A DNA stretch of 57,733 bases. It comes from Candidatus Omnitrophota bacterium. Its GTDB lineage: Bacteria; Omnitrophota; Gorgyraeia; JAFGHF01. A program made the position numbers and the translations under genes. This document shows positions 20,106 to 27,975 of the stretch, one piece after another. The DNA lies in NCBI GenBank assembly GCA_043805735.1, contig JAZDHS010000032.1, positions 1 to 57,733 on the forward strand, given 5' to 3'. Position 1 is the stretch's first letter, and each line of letters opens with the position of its first letter. The notes below the pieces were generated by a model. That model did no database searches. It saw nothing but the letters and a program-made list of their open reading frames with translations, and was not told the origin of the DNA.

Positions 20106-20471
20106 CTATACTAATTTTTTGACCGCTTCAATCATCGGGCCATAGTCGGAGGTCTTGACACAGTAATCATCGGCCCCTGAGCGGCGCGCCTCCACGGCAT
20201 CAATCGCGTCGACGTTGCCGGTCATAATAATTACCTTAGGGGTTTCCGGGCCGTGAACCTCGCGGATTCGCTTACAGACCTCAAAACCGCTGATCCCCGG
20301 CAGCAGCGTATCCAGAATAACGATATCCGGCTTCACCTCGGCCACTTTCTGTAAACCGCTCTCGCCGGTCTCGGCGAGTGTGATATCCTCAAAGCCGGCC
20401 TTGGAGAGAAAGCGTTTCATAATCTTGCGGTCCTGCTCGCTATCATCGATAATCAATAATTTTTTTTCCAT
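20106..20471 (-). CDS. Stand-alone receiver response regulator
   Basis: 121 aa with IIDDSEQD and IVILDTLLPGISG. Confidence 0.88.
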   Translation of the reverse strand: MEKKLLIIDDSEQDRKIMKRFLSKAGFEDITLAETGESGLQKVAEVKPDIVILDTLLPGISGFEVCKRIREVHGPETPKVIIMTGNVDAIDAVEARRSGADDYCVKTSDYGPMIEAVKKLV

Positions 20472-20476
20472 CGCCG

Positions 20477-20956
20477 TTACTCCTTAAAATCTTCGTGATT
20501 CGGTAATTTATTCATTACATTCCAGTAAAAGTTAAACCCCTCCACCACCTTGACAAAATCCTCGTAATTAAGCGGTTTAGGAATAAAGCTAGCCGCCCCG
20601 TCACGATAGCTGCGGGCAATATCCTCCTCGCTACGGGAGGAGGTCAGCATCACTATCGGAATATAATTGTAACGGATATCTTTTTTGAGCGCCTCCAGAA
20701 CCTGAAACCCGTCGACCTTAGGCAGATTGATATCCAAAAGTATTAAATCCGGACGGGGAAATTTAGCCTTGTCCTGGTATTTGCCTTCGTGGCGGATAAA
20801 ATCGAGGGCATCCTGGCCGTCATTGACCACAAACATATTATTTTTAACTTTTACTTTCGTAAATGCCCGCAGGGTAATCTTCACATCGCTTTCGTTATCC
20901 TCGACTAAAAGAATATTAATCGCCTTTGCGCCGTTTTCGTTTACTGCCGCAGGCAT
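20477..20956 (-). CDS. Stand-alone receiver response regulator (longer type with LLVEDNESD start)
   Basis: 159 aa with LLVEDNESD, LILLDINLPKVDG and IPKP. Confidence 0.88.
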   Translation of the reverse strand: MPAAVNENGAKAINILLVEDNESDVKITLRAFTKVKVKNNMFVVNDGQDALDFIRHEGKYQDKAKFPRPDLILLDINLPKVDGFQVLEALKKDIRYNYIPIVMLTSSRSEEDIARSYRDGAASFIPKPLNYEDFVKVVEGFNFYWNVMNKLPNHEDFKE

Positions 20957-20979
20957 AGTTTATCCCTTTCTTTGCGCTA

Positions 20980-22944
20980 CTAGAGCGCCCCGCTATAAGG
21001 AGGCGGACTACCTGCTCCGCTCGGAGGAGTTTTTTGTTTTTGGCCAAGTTCTTTGGGAATAGTAAAATAAAAGGCGGCGCCCTTACCCAGTTCCGATTCC
21101 ACCCAGATTTTGCCGCCGTGGTCGTCAACGACTCGCTTGACAATGCTTAAGCCGGCCCCCGTTCCTTCATATTCACTGGACGTATGCAGCCGTTTAAACA
21201 ACCCGAAAATCTGGTCGTGGTATTTAGGCTCGATACCGATGCCGTTATCTTTGACAAAAAAGCGGTGATAATTTCCTTCTTCGCCATACCCAATTTCCAC
21301 GCGGGGGTTTTCTTTATTATTTTTAGAGGAAAACTTAATCGCGTTGTTAATCAGGTTTAAGAATAGCTCCGTCATTTTAATCCGGTCGCAGTGGACGCTC
21401 GGCATTTCCGGCGGGACGCGCAAATCTACTTTTTTTTCTTTGATGTCAAATTCAATGCGCTTAACTACCGTAGCAATCAATTCATTCATCGCTACGTCTT
21501 CATAGGGATTTTTGATCCGGGAAATGCGTGAAAGCTTAAGCAGGTCTTCAATTAAATTGCTCATCCGGTTGGCCCCTTCGCGGATTTCCTTCAAGTAATC
21601 CTGGCCCTCGGCGTCAAGTTTCTCTTTATAGTCTTCTTCCAAAAATCCGGTAAAGGAAGCGATCGCCCGCAAGGGCGCGCGTAAATCGTGGCTGGCGGTA
21701 TAGACAAAGCTGTCCAGCTCTTTATTTGCTTTTTCCAGCAGGCCTCTCTGCTCTTCCACATTAGCCTTAGCCTCAACCAGGCTATCGGTCATTTTATTAA
21801 ACGACTGCGCCAACTCCCCAATTTCGTCCTTGGCTAAAACGTGGGCCCGTGCCGTAAGGTCGCCTGCGGCAATTACCCGGGAGGTCTGCGTCAAGGCTTT
21901 AATCGGGCTGGATACCGAGCGGGCAATGGCAATCGCCATCACCACGACAATCACTAACAGCACCAGGCTGATCGCGGAGAGGGTATTTCTTAAGCGGCGG
22001 GCCGAAGAAAAAACTTCCACCGTATCCATCTTGACAATCATCCCCCAGCGAAACGACGGCAGAAAACGCCGCACACTCAAAACCTCCTTGCCGCGATAAT
22101 CAATAAACGCGCCTAATCCTTCCTGGCCTGAGAGGGCCATTTTAATTTCCTGCCCTTGAGCCGAACCGATCTCGATTTTCCGGGTAAAGGCAGCGTCGTC
22201 AGCGAAACGTAGCGGAGTAATAAATACCATCTCTTTTTCCATCCGAGCGATTACCGCAGTCTCTCCGCTGGCGCCAAGACCAGCGTAATCTTTAACTAAT
22301 TCCGCCACCCCCTGGTTGCTCATCTGCACGACGACTACGCCGATCAAGCTTGCTCCTTTAAATACAGGCGAAGCAATAAATAAAGCCGCCTGCTTATTTT
22401 CGGCATCAAACTCAAAATCAGAAATTTCTGTCTTTAAGGAATCTTTGGCCTTAATGAAGACACGGGCCAGTTCGGAATTGCGATAGAGGGCGATTTCGTA
22501 GAGGGAACCGCGGGGATGTTTCTTATTCACCGAAAAAAGCACTTCTCCGCCGGGCCGCACCAAAAGCAGGTCATCATAGCCGAATAAGCCCTGGTAGTAT
22601 TCCAGAAACGGGCGGTATTCGGCCTCTACGGCGCGATAGCCATCGACCGTAGCGTTCTGCTCCATGAAAGCGGCGTCAAATTTCTCCACCGCCTCGATGA
22701 TTTCTGCGGTATGGGAAAGTGTAGTCACATCGTTTTCTTTTTCGCGCAGGTATACTTTAAGCTGATAGGCCTTATTGTCGGCAACGGCCAAGAGGCTATT
22801 GGCCACTTCTTCTTCCAGAACTTTACGGGAGCTATTGTAACTGACGTAGGTGGCAATGGTTAAGGGCACCAAGGCAATAAAGAGAAACCAGAGGATAAAT
22901 TTGGTGGTGATACGCAGGTCTTTCAAAAAGCTTACTTCGGGCAT
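20980..22944 (-). CDS. Sensor histidine kinase with Cache-like periplasmic domain, HAMP, HisKA, HATPase
   Basis: TM helix, a ~290-aa periplasmic domain, a second TM helix, HAMP (EIGELAQSFNKMTDSL), H-box SHDLRAPLR and G-box GTGAGLSI. Confidence 0.9.
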   Translation of the reverse strand: MPEVSFLKDLRITTKFILWFLFIALVPLTIATYVSYNSSRKVLEEEVANSLLAVADNKAYQLKVYLREKENDVTTLSHTAEIIEAVEKFDAAFMEQNATVDGYRAVEAEYRPFLEYYQGLFGYDDLLLVRPGGEVLFSVNKKHPRGSLYEIALYRNSELARVFIKAKDSLKTEISDFEFDAENKQAALFIASPVFKGASLIGVVVVQMSNQGVAELVKDYAGLGASGETAVIARMEKEMVFITPLRFADDAAFTRKIEIGSAQGQEIKMALSGQEGLGAFIDYRGKEVLSVRRFLPSFRWGMIVKMDTVEVFSSARRLRNTLSAISLVLLVIVVVMAIAIARSVSSPIKALTQTSRVIAAGDLTARAHVLAKDEIGELAQSFNKMTDSLVEAKANVEEQRGLLEKANKELDSFVYTASHDLRAPLRAIASFTGFLEEDYKEKLDAEGQDYLKEIREGANRMSNLIEDLLKLSRISRIKNPYEDVAMNELIATVVKRIEFDIKEKKVDLRVPPEMPSVHCDRIKMTELFLNLINNAIKFSSKNNKENPRVEIGYGEEGNYHRFFVKDNGIGIEPKYHDQIFGLFKRLHTSSEYEGTGAGLSIVKRVVDDHGGKIWVESELGKGAAFYFTIPKELGQKQKTPPSGAGSPPPYSGAL

Positions 22945-22978
22945 ATCATCCCTTTCCCAGAAAAAAAACGCCTTTACT

Positions 22979-23362
22979 TTAGAGTGAACGGAATTTTTCC
23001 GCCAATTTTAAGGCGCTGGTCAGATTTTCAATTTCTTTTGCGAGGCTACTGGTTTTGAGGATAAACCCCGACGCCCCTAACTCTTTGGCTTGGCGAAAAC
23101 GGCTTTCGTCAGAAAAGGCGGTCATCATAAATACGGGCAGGGTCTTATCCATTTTTCTGATTCTTTTGAGGGTTTCTAGACCATCAAGCTTGGGCAACAT
23201 TACATCCAAAAGCACCGCATCCGGTTTGTCACTCTTAATTTTCCGCAACGCCTCTTTGCCGTCTGTGGCGGTAATCACCTCATAGTCATTGGCCTCCAGG
23301 CGCAGCTTGACGGTGTACAAAAAATCCAACTCGTCGTCAACGAGCAATACCTTTTTCTTCAC
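22979..23362 (-). CDS. Stand-alone receiver response regulator, first gene of the signalling/pilus block
   Basis: 127 aa with LVDDELD and AVLLDVMLPKLDG. Its GTG start lies inside the inverted-repeat element 23361-23448. Confidence 0.85.
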   Translation of the reverse strand: MKKKVLLVDDELDFLYTVKLRLEANDYEVITATDGKEALRKIKSDKPDAVLLDVMLPKLDGLETLKRIRKMDKTLPVFMMTAFSDESRFRQAKELGASGFILKTSSLAKEIENLTSALKLAEKFRSL

Positions 23363-23448
23363 CCCGCCCTTCCTTTTCTATCATTGCCAACGAAAATATT
23401 GCTTTCAGTTAATTTTACATGCATTGCTTGTGTTTGGAAGGGCGGGGT
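23361..23448 (-). repeat. TIR element copy A (88 bp, short variant)
   Basis: Plus-strand ACCCCGCCCTTCC (23361-23373) and its perfect reverse complement GGAAGGGCGGGGT (23436-23448). The interior aligns with copies B and C. Confidence 0.85.
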
Positions 23449-23500
23449 TCATCCGCAGCGCTCTTCCGGTTAAGCCGGTTCATCTGACATATATAGCGTT

Positions 23501-23529
23501 ATTATAATATGTTAGGTAGGATAAATCAA
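23501..23529 (-). promoter_or_regulatory. Sigma70-type promoter for the 18-kb signalling/pilus block
   Basis: Minus sense: TTGATT, 17 nt spacer, TATAAT. It lies ~130 nt upstream of GTG 23362. Confidence 0.55.
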
Positions 23530-23558
23530 CGAAATTAGATAGGCTCGGGGTTTTACAT

Positions 23559-23722
23559 AGGGCGGGTCCTGCCTGGGGATTTTCTCGCGGGGACGTTCGT
23601 TTGCCCCAGCGTGGCAAACTCACTCGGCTACGGCCTCGCTCTCGCTAAACGCAATAGCTGGCGAACCATGCCCGCTCGGCCTTCGCAACGCCCCGCTACG
23701 AAAATCCCCAGGCACCCGCCCT
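23559..23722. other. Long imperfect palindrome (~165 nt), candidate structured RNA or MITE
   Basis: The outer arms pair in blocks of 9, 14, 6 and 4 bp (AGGGCGGGT/ACCCGCCCT, GCCTGGGGATTTTC/GAAAATCCCCAGGC, GCGGGG/CCCCGC, CGTT/AACG). They enclose ~85 nt that contain an inner 7-bp hairpin GTTTGCC/GGCAAAC. Confidence 0.6.
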
Positions 23723-23737
23723 TGCAGCCCTCGCCTA

Positions 23738-24157
23738 TTATTCGCCGATTATCTTTACCAGGACACGTTTGCGGCGGCGGCCGTCAAACTCGCCATAAAA
23801 GATCTGCTCCCAGGGGCCGAAATCGAGCTTGCCTTTAGTGAGCGCCACGACTACCTCCCGGCCCATCAGCGTCCGTTTTAAATGGGCATCGGCGTTGTCT
23901 TCGCCGGTACGGTTATGGTCATATTGGGCTATTGGTTCGTGGGGCGCGAATTGCTCCAGCCAGCGCTCAAAGTCATGATGCAGGCCGGATTCATCATCGT
24001 TAATAAAGACGCTGGCGGTAATATGCATCGCGTTAACCAGGCACAAACCCTCTTTGACCCCGCTTTTCTTGACGCACTCCTCGACTAAGGGCGTAATATT
24101 AATAAACTCCCTTTCCTTCTTGGTATTAAACCAGAGATACTCGGTATAGGATTTCAT
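23738..24157 (-). CDS. yjbQ: YjbQ/UPF0047 family protein (secondary thiamine-phosphate synthase family)
   Basis: 139 aa with the typical pattern [32 protein letters not shown]...[35 protein letters not shown]. Confidence 0.85.
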   Translation of the reverse strand: MKSYTEYLWFNTKKEREFINITPLVEECVKKSGVKEGLCLVNAMHITASVFINDDESGLHHDFERWLEQFAPHEPIAQYDHNRTGEDNADAHLKRTLMGREVVVALTKGKLDFGPWEQIFYGEFDGRRRKRVLVKIIGE

Positions 24158-24172
24158 GCGTTACCTCCGTTT

Positions 24173-24214
24173 GAAAAAAAGGACAACGAGCTTCGATAAA
24201 TCTGCTCGTTGTCC
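24173..24214 (-). terminator. Rho-independent terminator
   Basis: Minus sense: a perfect 11-bp stem GGACAACGAGC/GCTCGTTGTCC with a 12-nt loop, followed by TTTTTTT. Confidence 0.85.
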
Positions 24215-24256
24215 TTGAGTTGTAAAAGTCAAATCTGATAGGGTGTTCGACCGTTA

Positions 24257-24300
24257 GACCCTTCGCTAAAATGGAATTGCGAAGGTCTATCCCTGTGGGA
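24257..24300 (-). repeat. REP-like double-hairpin unit 1
   Basis: Plus strand: GACCCTTCGC-taaaatggaatt-GCGAAGGTC-TATCCCTGTGGGA. It abuts the stop codon of 24301..24660. Confidence 0.7.
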
Positions 24301-24660
24301 TTAACGTACGAGAAAGCGGTTCTCGATCTTTTTGGCCTTGAAGAATTTGCGGGTAAACTCGCGGGCCAGGCGATGATCAAATGTTTTGCAGGAGAAAATA
24401 TTGATGTACGCCGTGTTCCAGAGTTCGGAAAAGTGGCCGGTAATCGAGCTGGTTTCGATTAATTGCACCATCGAGTAACCTTTGGTAAATGCCTCATTAA
24501 TGCCGAAATAAGGCAATAAGGTCTTGCCGAATTTCTTCATTTTAATGAGCTTGCACAACCGGTCCACGTATTGCTGCAGTTTTTTCTTTGACGAAAGCAC
24601 GCTATTATCGCAATCGTGAAGATCTAAAACTAATTCATATCCATAAATATGCTTCTTCAT
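24301..24660 (-). CDS. AdoMetDC-like (SpeH/SpeD-related, pyruvoyl-enzyme family) protein
   Basis: 119 aa. GYELVLDLHDCD and LIETSSITGHFSE align with the ...ESH..HTWPE processing region of class-1 S-adenosylmethionine decarboxylases. Confidence 0.55.
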   Translation of the reverse strand: MKKHIYGYELVLDLHDCDNSVLSSKKKLQQYVDRLCKLIKMKKFGKTLLPYFGINEAFTKGYSMVQLIETSSITGHFSELWNTAYINIFSCKTFDHRLAREFTRKFFKAKKIENRFLVR

Positions 24661-24737
24661 CTCTTGACACTCCTTTTGCGTCTCACCCCCCCCATTGGTT
24701 TAGGGGTCTCACTTTATTATTACTGCTTCTGCTTATT

Positions 24738-24766
24738 ATATTAGAACATTTCTCTTCTTAATGCAA
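24738..24766 (-). promoter_or_regulatory. Sigma70-type promoter of the AdoMetDC-like gene
   Basis: Minus sense: TTGCAT, 17 nt spacer, TAATAT. It gives a ~75 nt leader that contains a G8 run. Confidence 0.5.
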
Positions 24767-24774
24767 GAATTTTT

Positions 24775-25542
24775 TTAGGTTTTTTTCGTTTTTCTTACGC
24801 GGTTGGCGAGCCGGCCAATGCCGGTAATCTCTACCTCTACCTTATCCCCCGCTCGCATCGGCCCCACTCCGGGTGGCGTACCTGTAGAAATGATATCTCC
24901 TGGTAAGAGCGTCATTACCCGCGAAATAAAAGATACCAAATAAAACGGCGAAAAAATAAAATGCGCGGTCGTGGAATTTTGTTTACGCTCACCGTTGAGG
25001 TATAAGGCAATGCCCACTCGCCGCGGGTCGAACTTCGTCTCTATCCAGGGGCCCAGCGGCGCAAAGGTATCATATGACTTGGCCCGGGTCCACTGAATTT
25101 CTTTTTTTTGGATATCGCGCGCGGTTACATCGTTGAGACAGGTATAGCCAAAGATATAACGCCGGGCAGCGTCGGGCGGAACCGCTTTGGCTTTTTTACC
25201 AATAACAATCGCCAGTTCAGCCTCATAATCGAGCCGGCTCACCAAGGGCGGATAATCAATGTTCGCCTGGTGGCCAATCACTGCCGTGGGTGGCTTAAGA
25301 AAAATCAGCGGCTCTTTCGGCAGGGGCATCTTGAGTTCCCGGGCATGGTCTTTATAATTAAGCCCGACTAAAATCACCTTTGAAGGAACGCAAGGGGCGA
25401 GCAAAGTTACTTTTTGTAAAGCGGCACTTTGCCCGGATAAAACTATACTGCCAAACGGTTCTTTCTTTAAAAAAGCGACGCTATCGCCTTCAACCTTAGC
25501 CCAATAAATCTTTTTCTTAAAAAGCACACGCGCTATTTTCAT
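24775..25542 (-). CDS. Fumarylacetoacetate hydrolase (FAH) family protein
   Basis: 255 aa. DYEAELAIVIGK and GDIISTGTPPGVG are typical FAH-family motifs. Confidence 0.85.
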   Translation of the reverse strand: MKIARVLFKKKIYWAKVEGDSVAFLKKEPFGSIVLSGQSAALQKVTLLAPCVPSKVILVGLNYKDHARELKMPLPKEPLIFLKPPTAVIGHQANIDYPPLVSRLDYEAELAIVIGKKAKAVPPDAARRYIFGYTCLNDVTARDIQKKEIQWTRAKSYDTFAPLGPWIETKFDPRRVGIALYLNGERKQNSTTAHFIFSPFYLVSFISRVMTLLPGDIISTGTPPGVGPMRAGDKVEVEITGIGRLANRVRKTKKT

Positions 25543-25562
25543 CGCTCACCAACCACCTGGTT

Positions 25563-26333
25563 TTATAACCCGAAAAACTTTCGGGCATTTTCTTTTGTCA
25601 CTTGCGCGGCAAAGTCCGGGGAAACATTCTTTATTTTAGCCACCGCGGCTAATGTCCTTTGCACATCTTTAGGCTCGGCATTATACTCACCCGATGCGGG
25701 CTTATACCGCACCGGCGCGTCGGTTTCCAAAAGGATGCTCTCCAATGGCGCTTTTTCAATCGCCCGGCGATGTTCTTTGCTATATTCGGCCGCCGGAGTA
25801 GCCGAAATCAGATAACCGCTTTTTAAAATTTCATCGAGTATTTCTTCCGGTCCACTGAACCAGTGAAAATTGGCCTTGATAATCTGTTTTTGCTTAAGGA
25901 GTTCAAGACAGGCCAGCCAGGCACCACGGCTGTGCACCACTACCGGCTTATGATAACGGCTGGCCAAATCCAGCTGGGCCGCAAATACAGCCAGCTGCTG
26001 GTCTCTGCCCAGGCCGGGTTTTCGCGCCTGCGGATACCAATAATCCAAACCAATCTCACCAACTGCGGCAATAGCTTGAATATTGTTTTCAATAAATTCC
26101 AAACTCTGTTTGAGGTCGGTTTTTTCTACCCGCCCGGGATGAACGCCACAAGCCGGGACTATCCTGATTATATCTTTATAATCCTGGCACAACTTAAGAA
26201 GCGCTTGGCAAGACGGCAGATCCTGGCTAACGCCGACGATTGTTTCTACATCGCCAGCTTTAGCCTGCTCTAACGCTTGGGATAAATCTGGGATCTCTTC
26301 CAAATGGGCATGGGTATCAATGAGCTGGGGCAT
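25563..26333 (-). CDS. tatD: TatD-family metal-dependent hydrolase
   Basis: 256 aa with LIDTHAHL, the metal-binding His pattern, and ETDAP near the C-terminus. Confidence 0.88.
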   Translation of the reverse strand: MPQLIDTHAHLEEIPDLSQALEQAKAGDVETIVGVSQDLPSCQALLKLCQDYKDIIRIVPACGVHPGRVEKTDLKQSLEFIENNIQAIAAVGEIGLDYWYPQARKPGLGRDQQLAVFAAQLDLASRYHKPVVVHSRGAWLACLELLKQKQIIKANFHWFSGPEEILDEILKSGYLISATPAAEYSKEHRRAIEKAPLESILLETDAPVRYKPASGEYNAEPKDVQRTLAAVAKIKNVSPDFAAQVTKENARKFFGL

Positions 26334-26351
26334 TTTTTGCGTAGTGGATAG

Positions 26352-27422
26352 CTACATCATTTCCTTATTTCTTAAGTGCAGCGACAATTCGTCTTTTTTA
26401 TCGGAATGTTCCATCGCCATTTCGACGCTAATTTTTTTGGCTTCGACCAGCTCGATCAGGCACTGATTAAATGCCTTCATGCCATAGATATCGCCGGTAG
26501 CGATATATTTGGGCACTTCCCATAATTTGTTTTCTCTGATCAAACGGGATACGGTCGGGCTTAAGGCCATCGATTCATAGGCCGGAATCAGCCCCTCGCC
26601 ATCCGCGCGGGGAATCAAGCGTAAAGAAATTACGCCTTTTAAAAGCGTGGAGAGCTGGTTAAACACAAAGTGGTGCTGTTCCGGCGGGTAAAAGTTGACA
26701 ATCCGCTCGACAGTTGAGGCGGCATCGACGGTATGCACCGTCGATAACACCAATACTCCTGTTTCCGCGGCGGTCAGCGCCGCGTGACAGGTTTTTGGAT
26801 CCCGGATATTACCGACAAAGATTACATCCGGCGAATGGATGGTAAATTGCTGCAAGGCATCGGCATAGGAAAATACATCTTTACCGATCTCGCGCTGGTT
26901 GATAATCGATTTTTTATCGACAAAGGTAAACTCGATCGGCTCCTCGATGGTCAGGATGTGCCGGCGGAAATTCTGGTTGATATATTCAATCATCGAGGCA
27001 ATGGCCGTCGATTTTCCACTGCCGGTAGTTCCGGTTAAAAGGATTAACCCCCGGCGTTCATGGCAAAACTGCTTGAGCACCTTCGCCGGCAGGCTTAGTT
27101 CTTCAAAGGTATTGATATTCAAATTAATTTTGCGGATAACGATAGCCAGGGTATTGCGCTGGTAAAAAATGCCGACGCGGAACCGCCACATCCCCTCATA
27201 AGTGGTGGCAAATTCATAGCTCTTACGTTGTTGTAAGATATCTTTTCCGGCTTTGCCGGCCATCTCAAAGACGATTTTATCGATATCATCCTGATTAAAC
27301 AAGTGGTCCTTAAGTGTAACCACCTCGGTGTAGACGCGGCCCTTAAGATAACTTCCAACGCGGATAAATAAGTCCGATACTTCTTTCTCAATCATAATCG
27401 CCAGAATTTCGTTAAATGTCAT
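26352..27422 (-). CDS. pilT: PilT/PilU-family type IV pilus retraction ATPase
   Basis: 356 aa. Walker A GTTGSGKST, and a short-form secretion ATPase with no N-terminal GspE domain. Confidence 0.85.
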   Translation of the reverse strand: MTFNEILAIMIEKEVSDLFIRVGSYLKGRVYTEVVTLKDHLFNQDDIDKIVFEMAGKAGKDILQQRKSYEFATTYEGMWRFRVGIFYQRNTLAIVIRKINLNINTFEELSLPAKVLKQFCHERRGLILLTGTTGSGKSTAIASMIEYINQNFRRHILTIEEPIEFTFVDKKSIINQREIGKDVFSYADALQQFTIHSPDVIFVGNIRDPKTCHAALTAAETGVLVLSTVHTVDAASTVERIVNFYPPEQHHFVFNQLSTLLKGVISLRLIPRADGEGLIPAYESMALSPTVSRLIRENKLWEVPKYIATGDIYGMKAFNQCLIELVEAKKISVEMAMEHSDKKDELSLHLRNKEMM

Positions 27423-27437
27423 ACACTGCCCCTTTTA

Positions 27438-27481
27438 GGCCCGACCTTTAATGGAATGAGGTCGGCCTATCCTTTCTGGAT
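27438..27481 (-). repeat. REP-like double-hairpin unit 2
   Basis: Plus strand: GGCCCGACC-tttaatggaatga-GGTCGGCC-TATCCTTTCTGGAT, between the pseudogene stop and the pilT RBS. Confidence 0.7.
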
Positions 27482-27528
27482 TATTAACCTAAGCAGCGGA
27501 CCCCCCGCTGGTGTAAGATGTTAGAAGT

Positions 27529-27975
27529 TCATCTATTCAAATTCTCGAGGTCAGCTAAATCCTGAAGTCGGCCGCTGGCTTTTTTGTTTTTCTTCAAATC
27601 TTTAAGTGATATGAAATTAACTTTTATTCCATCTATGGTTACGGTTTTCTTATTCTTATAGCAACTAGCAAATTCGACGCCGTCTATGGACGTCAGGAAT
27701 TCTATACGTAAAGGAGAATTACCCATACGGATGTTTTTCTTTTTTTCCAGGAATAATTCTTCTTTTAGGGCAGGGGTATCAAAGCCGAATTCCTTCAAGG
27801 CTTCAACGGTTTTTTTGGCGTTATCTTTGGAGATAGCGATCCAGATATCCATATCCCCGGTAGCCCGGGGCTATCCGTAGCGGGCAACGGCATACCCGCC
27901 GAGTACTCAATACTCAAGTCATTTTGATTTTAGTAACTCTAAGAGTTCTTTGAAGTCTTGCGGTAGACGGATCAT
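27529..27975 (-). pseudogene. Nucleotidyltransferase-fold (MNT/AbiEii-like) gene with three in-frame stops in its first 40 codons
   Basis: Reading from ATG 27975: MIRLPQDFKELLELLKSK*LEY*VLGGYAVARYG*PRATGDMDIWIAISKDN.... Stops are TGA 27919-27921, TGA 27907-27909 and TAG 27871-27873. The track ORF 27529..27852 is the intact remainder. Confidence 0.6.

Noticed and set aside
2933-22099. Many 60-180 aa ORFs on the strand opposite to, or out of frame within, long well-supported genes. Examples: 2933..3199, 3196..3543, 4822..5136, 5239..5457, 5786..6205, 6007..6198, 7137..7358, 7877..8428, 8791..9207, 9887..10312, 12518..12970, 13216..13593, 14960..15340, 18582..18953, 21830..22099. Analogous ones occur further right.
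   Set aside because: They lie entirely inside genes with clear family signatures. Their composition is low-complexity or Arg/Ser/Pro-rich, as is typical of antisense frames, and they have no SD or promoter context.
23380-23400. Sigma-54 promoter inside the TIR element (TTGGCAAT in gene sense).
   Set aside because: There is a GG element but no TTGC at the required 5-nt spacing downstream, so it does not fit TGGCAC-N5-TTGC.
23611-23838. 75-aa plus-strand ORF rich in Arg/Pro.
   Set aside because: It is generated by the GC-rich long palindrome and then runs antisense into yjbQ. It is not a plausible gene.
24126-24462. ORFs 24126..24380 (minus) and 24271..24462 (plus).
   Set aside because: They span a canonical terminator and a REP-like unit, or run antisense to the AdoMetDC-like gene.
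27482-27528. Hairpin CAGCGG-GGGGT-CCGCTG after the pseudogene stop as a terminator.
   Set aside because: The stem is short and no U-tract follows. I do not consider it reportable as a terminator.
27871-27921. Possibility that the in-frame TGA/TGA/TAG codons are recoded (alternative genetic code, selenocysteine or pyrrolysine).
   Set aside because: Neighbouring genes use TGA (for example 27529, 6472) and TAG (55084, 34185) as genuine stops. No SECIS-like hairpin was seen. Three different recoding events within 17 codons is implausible.
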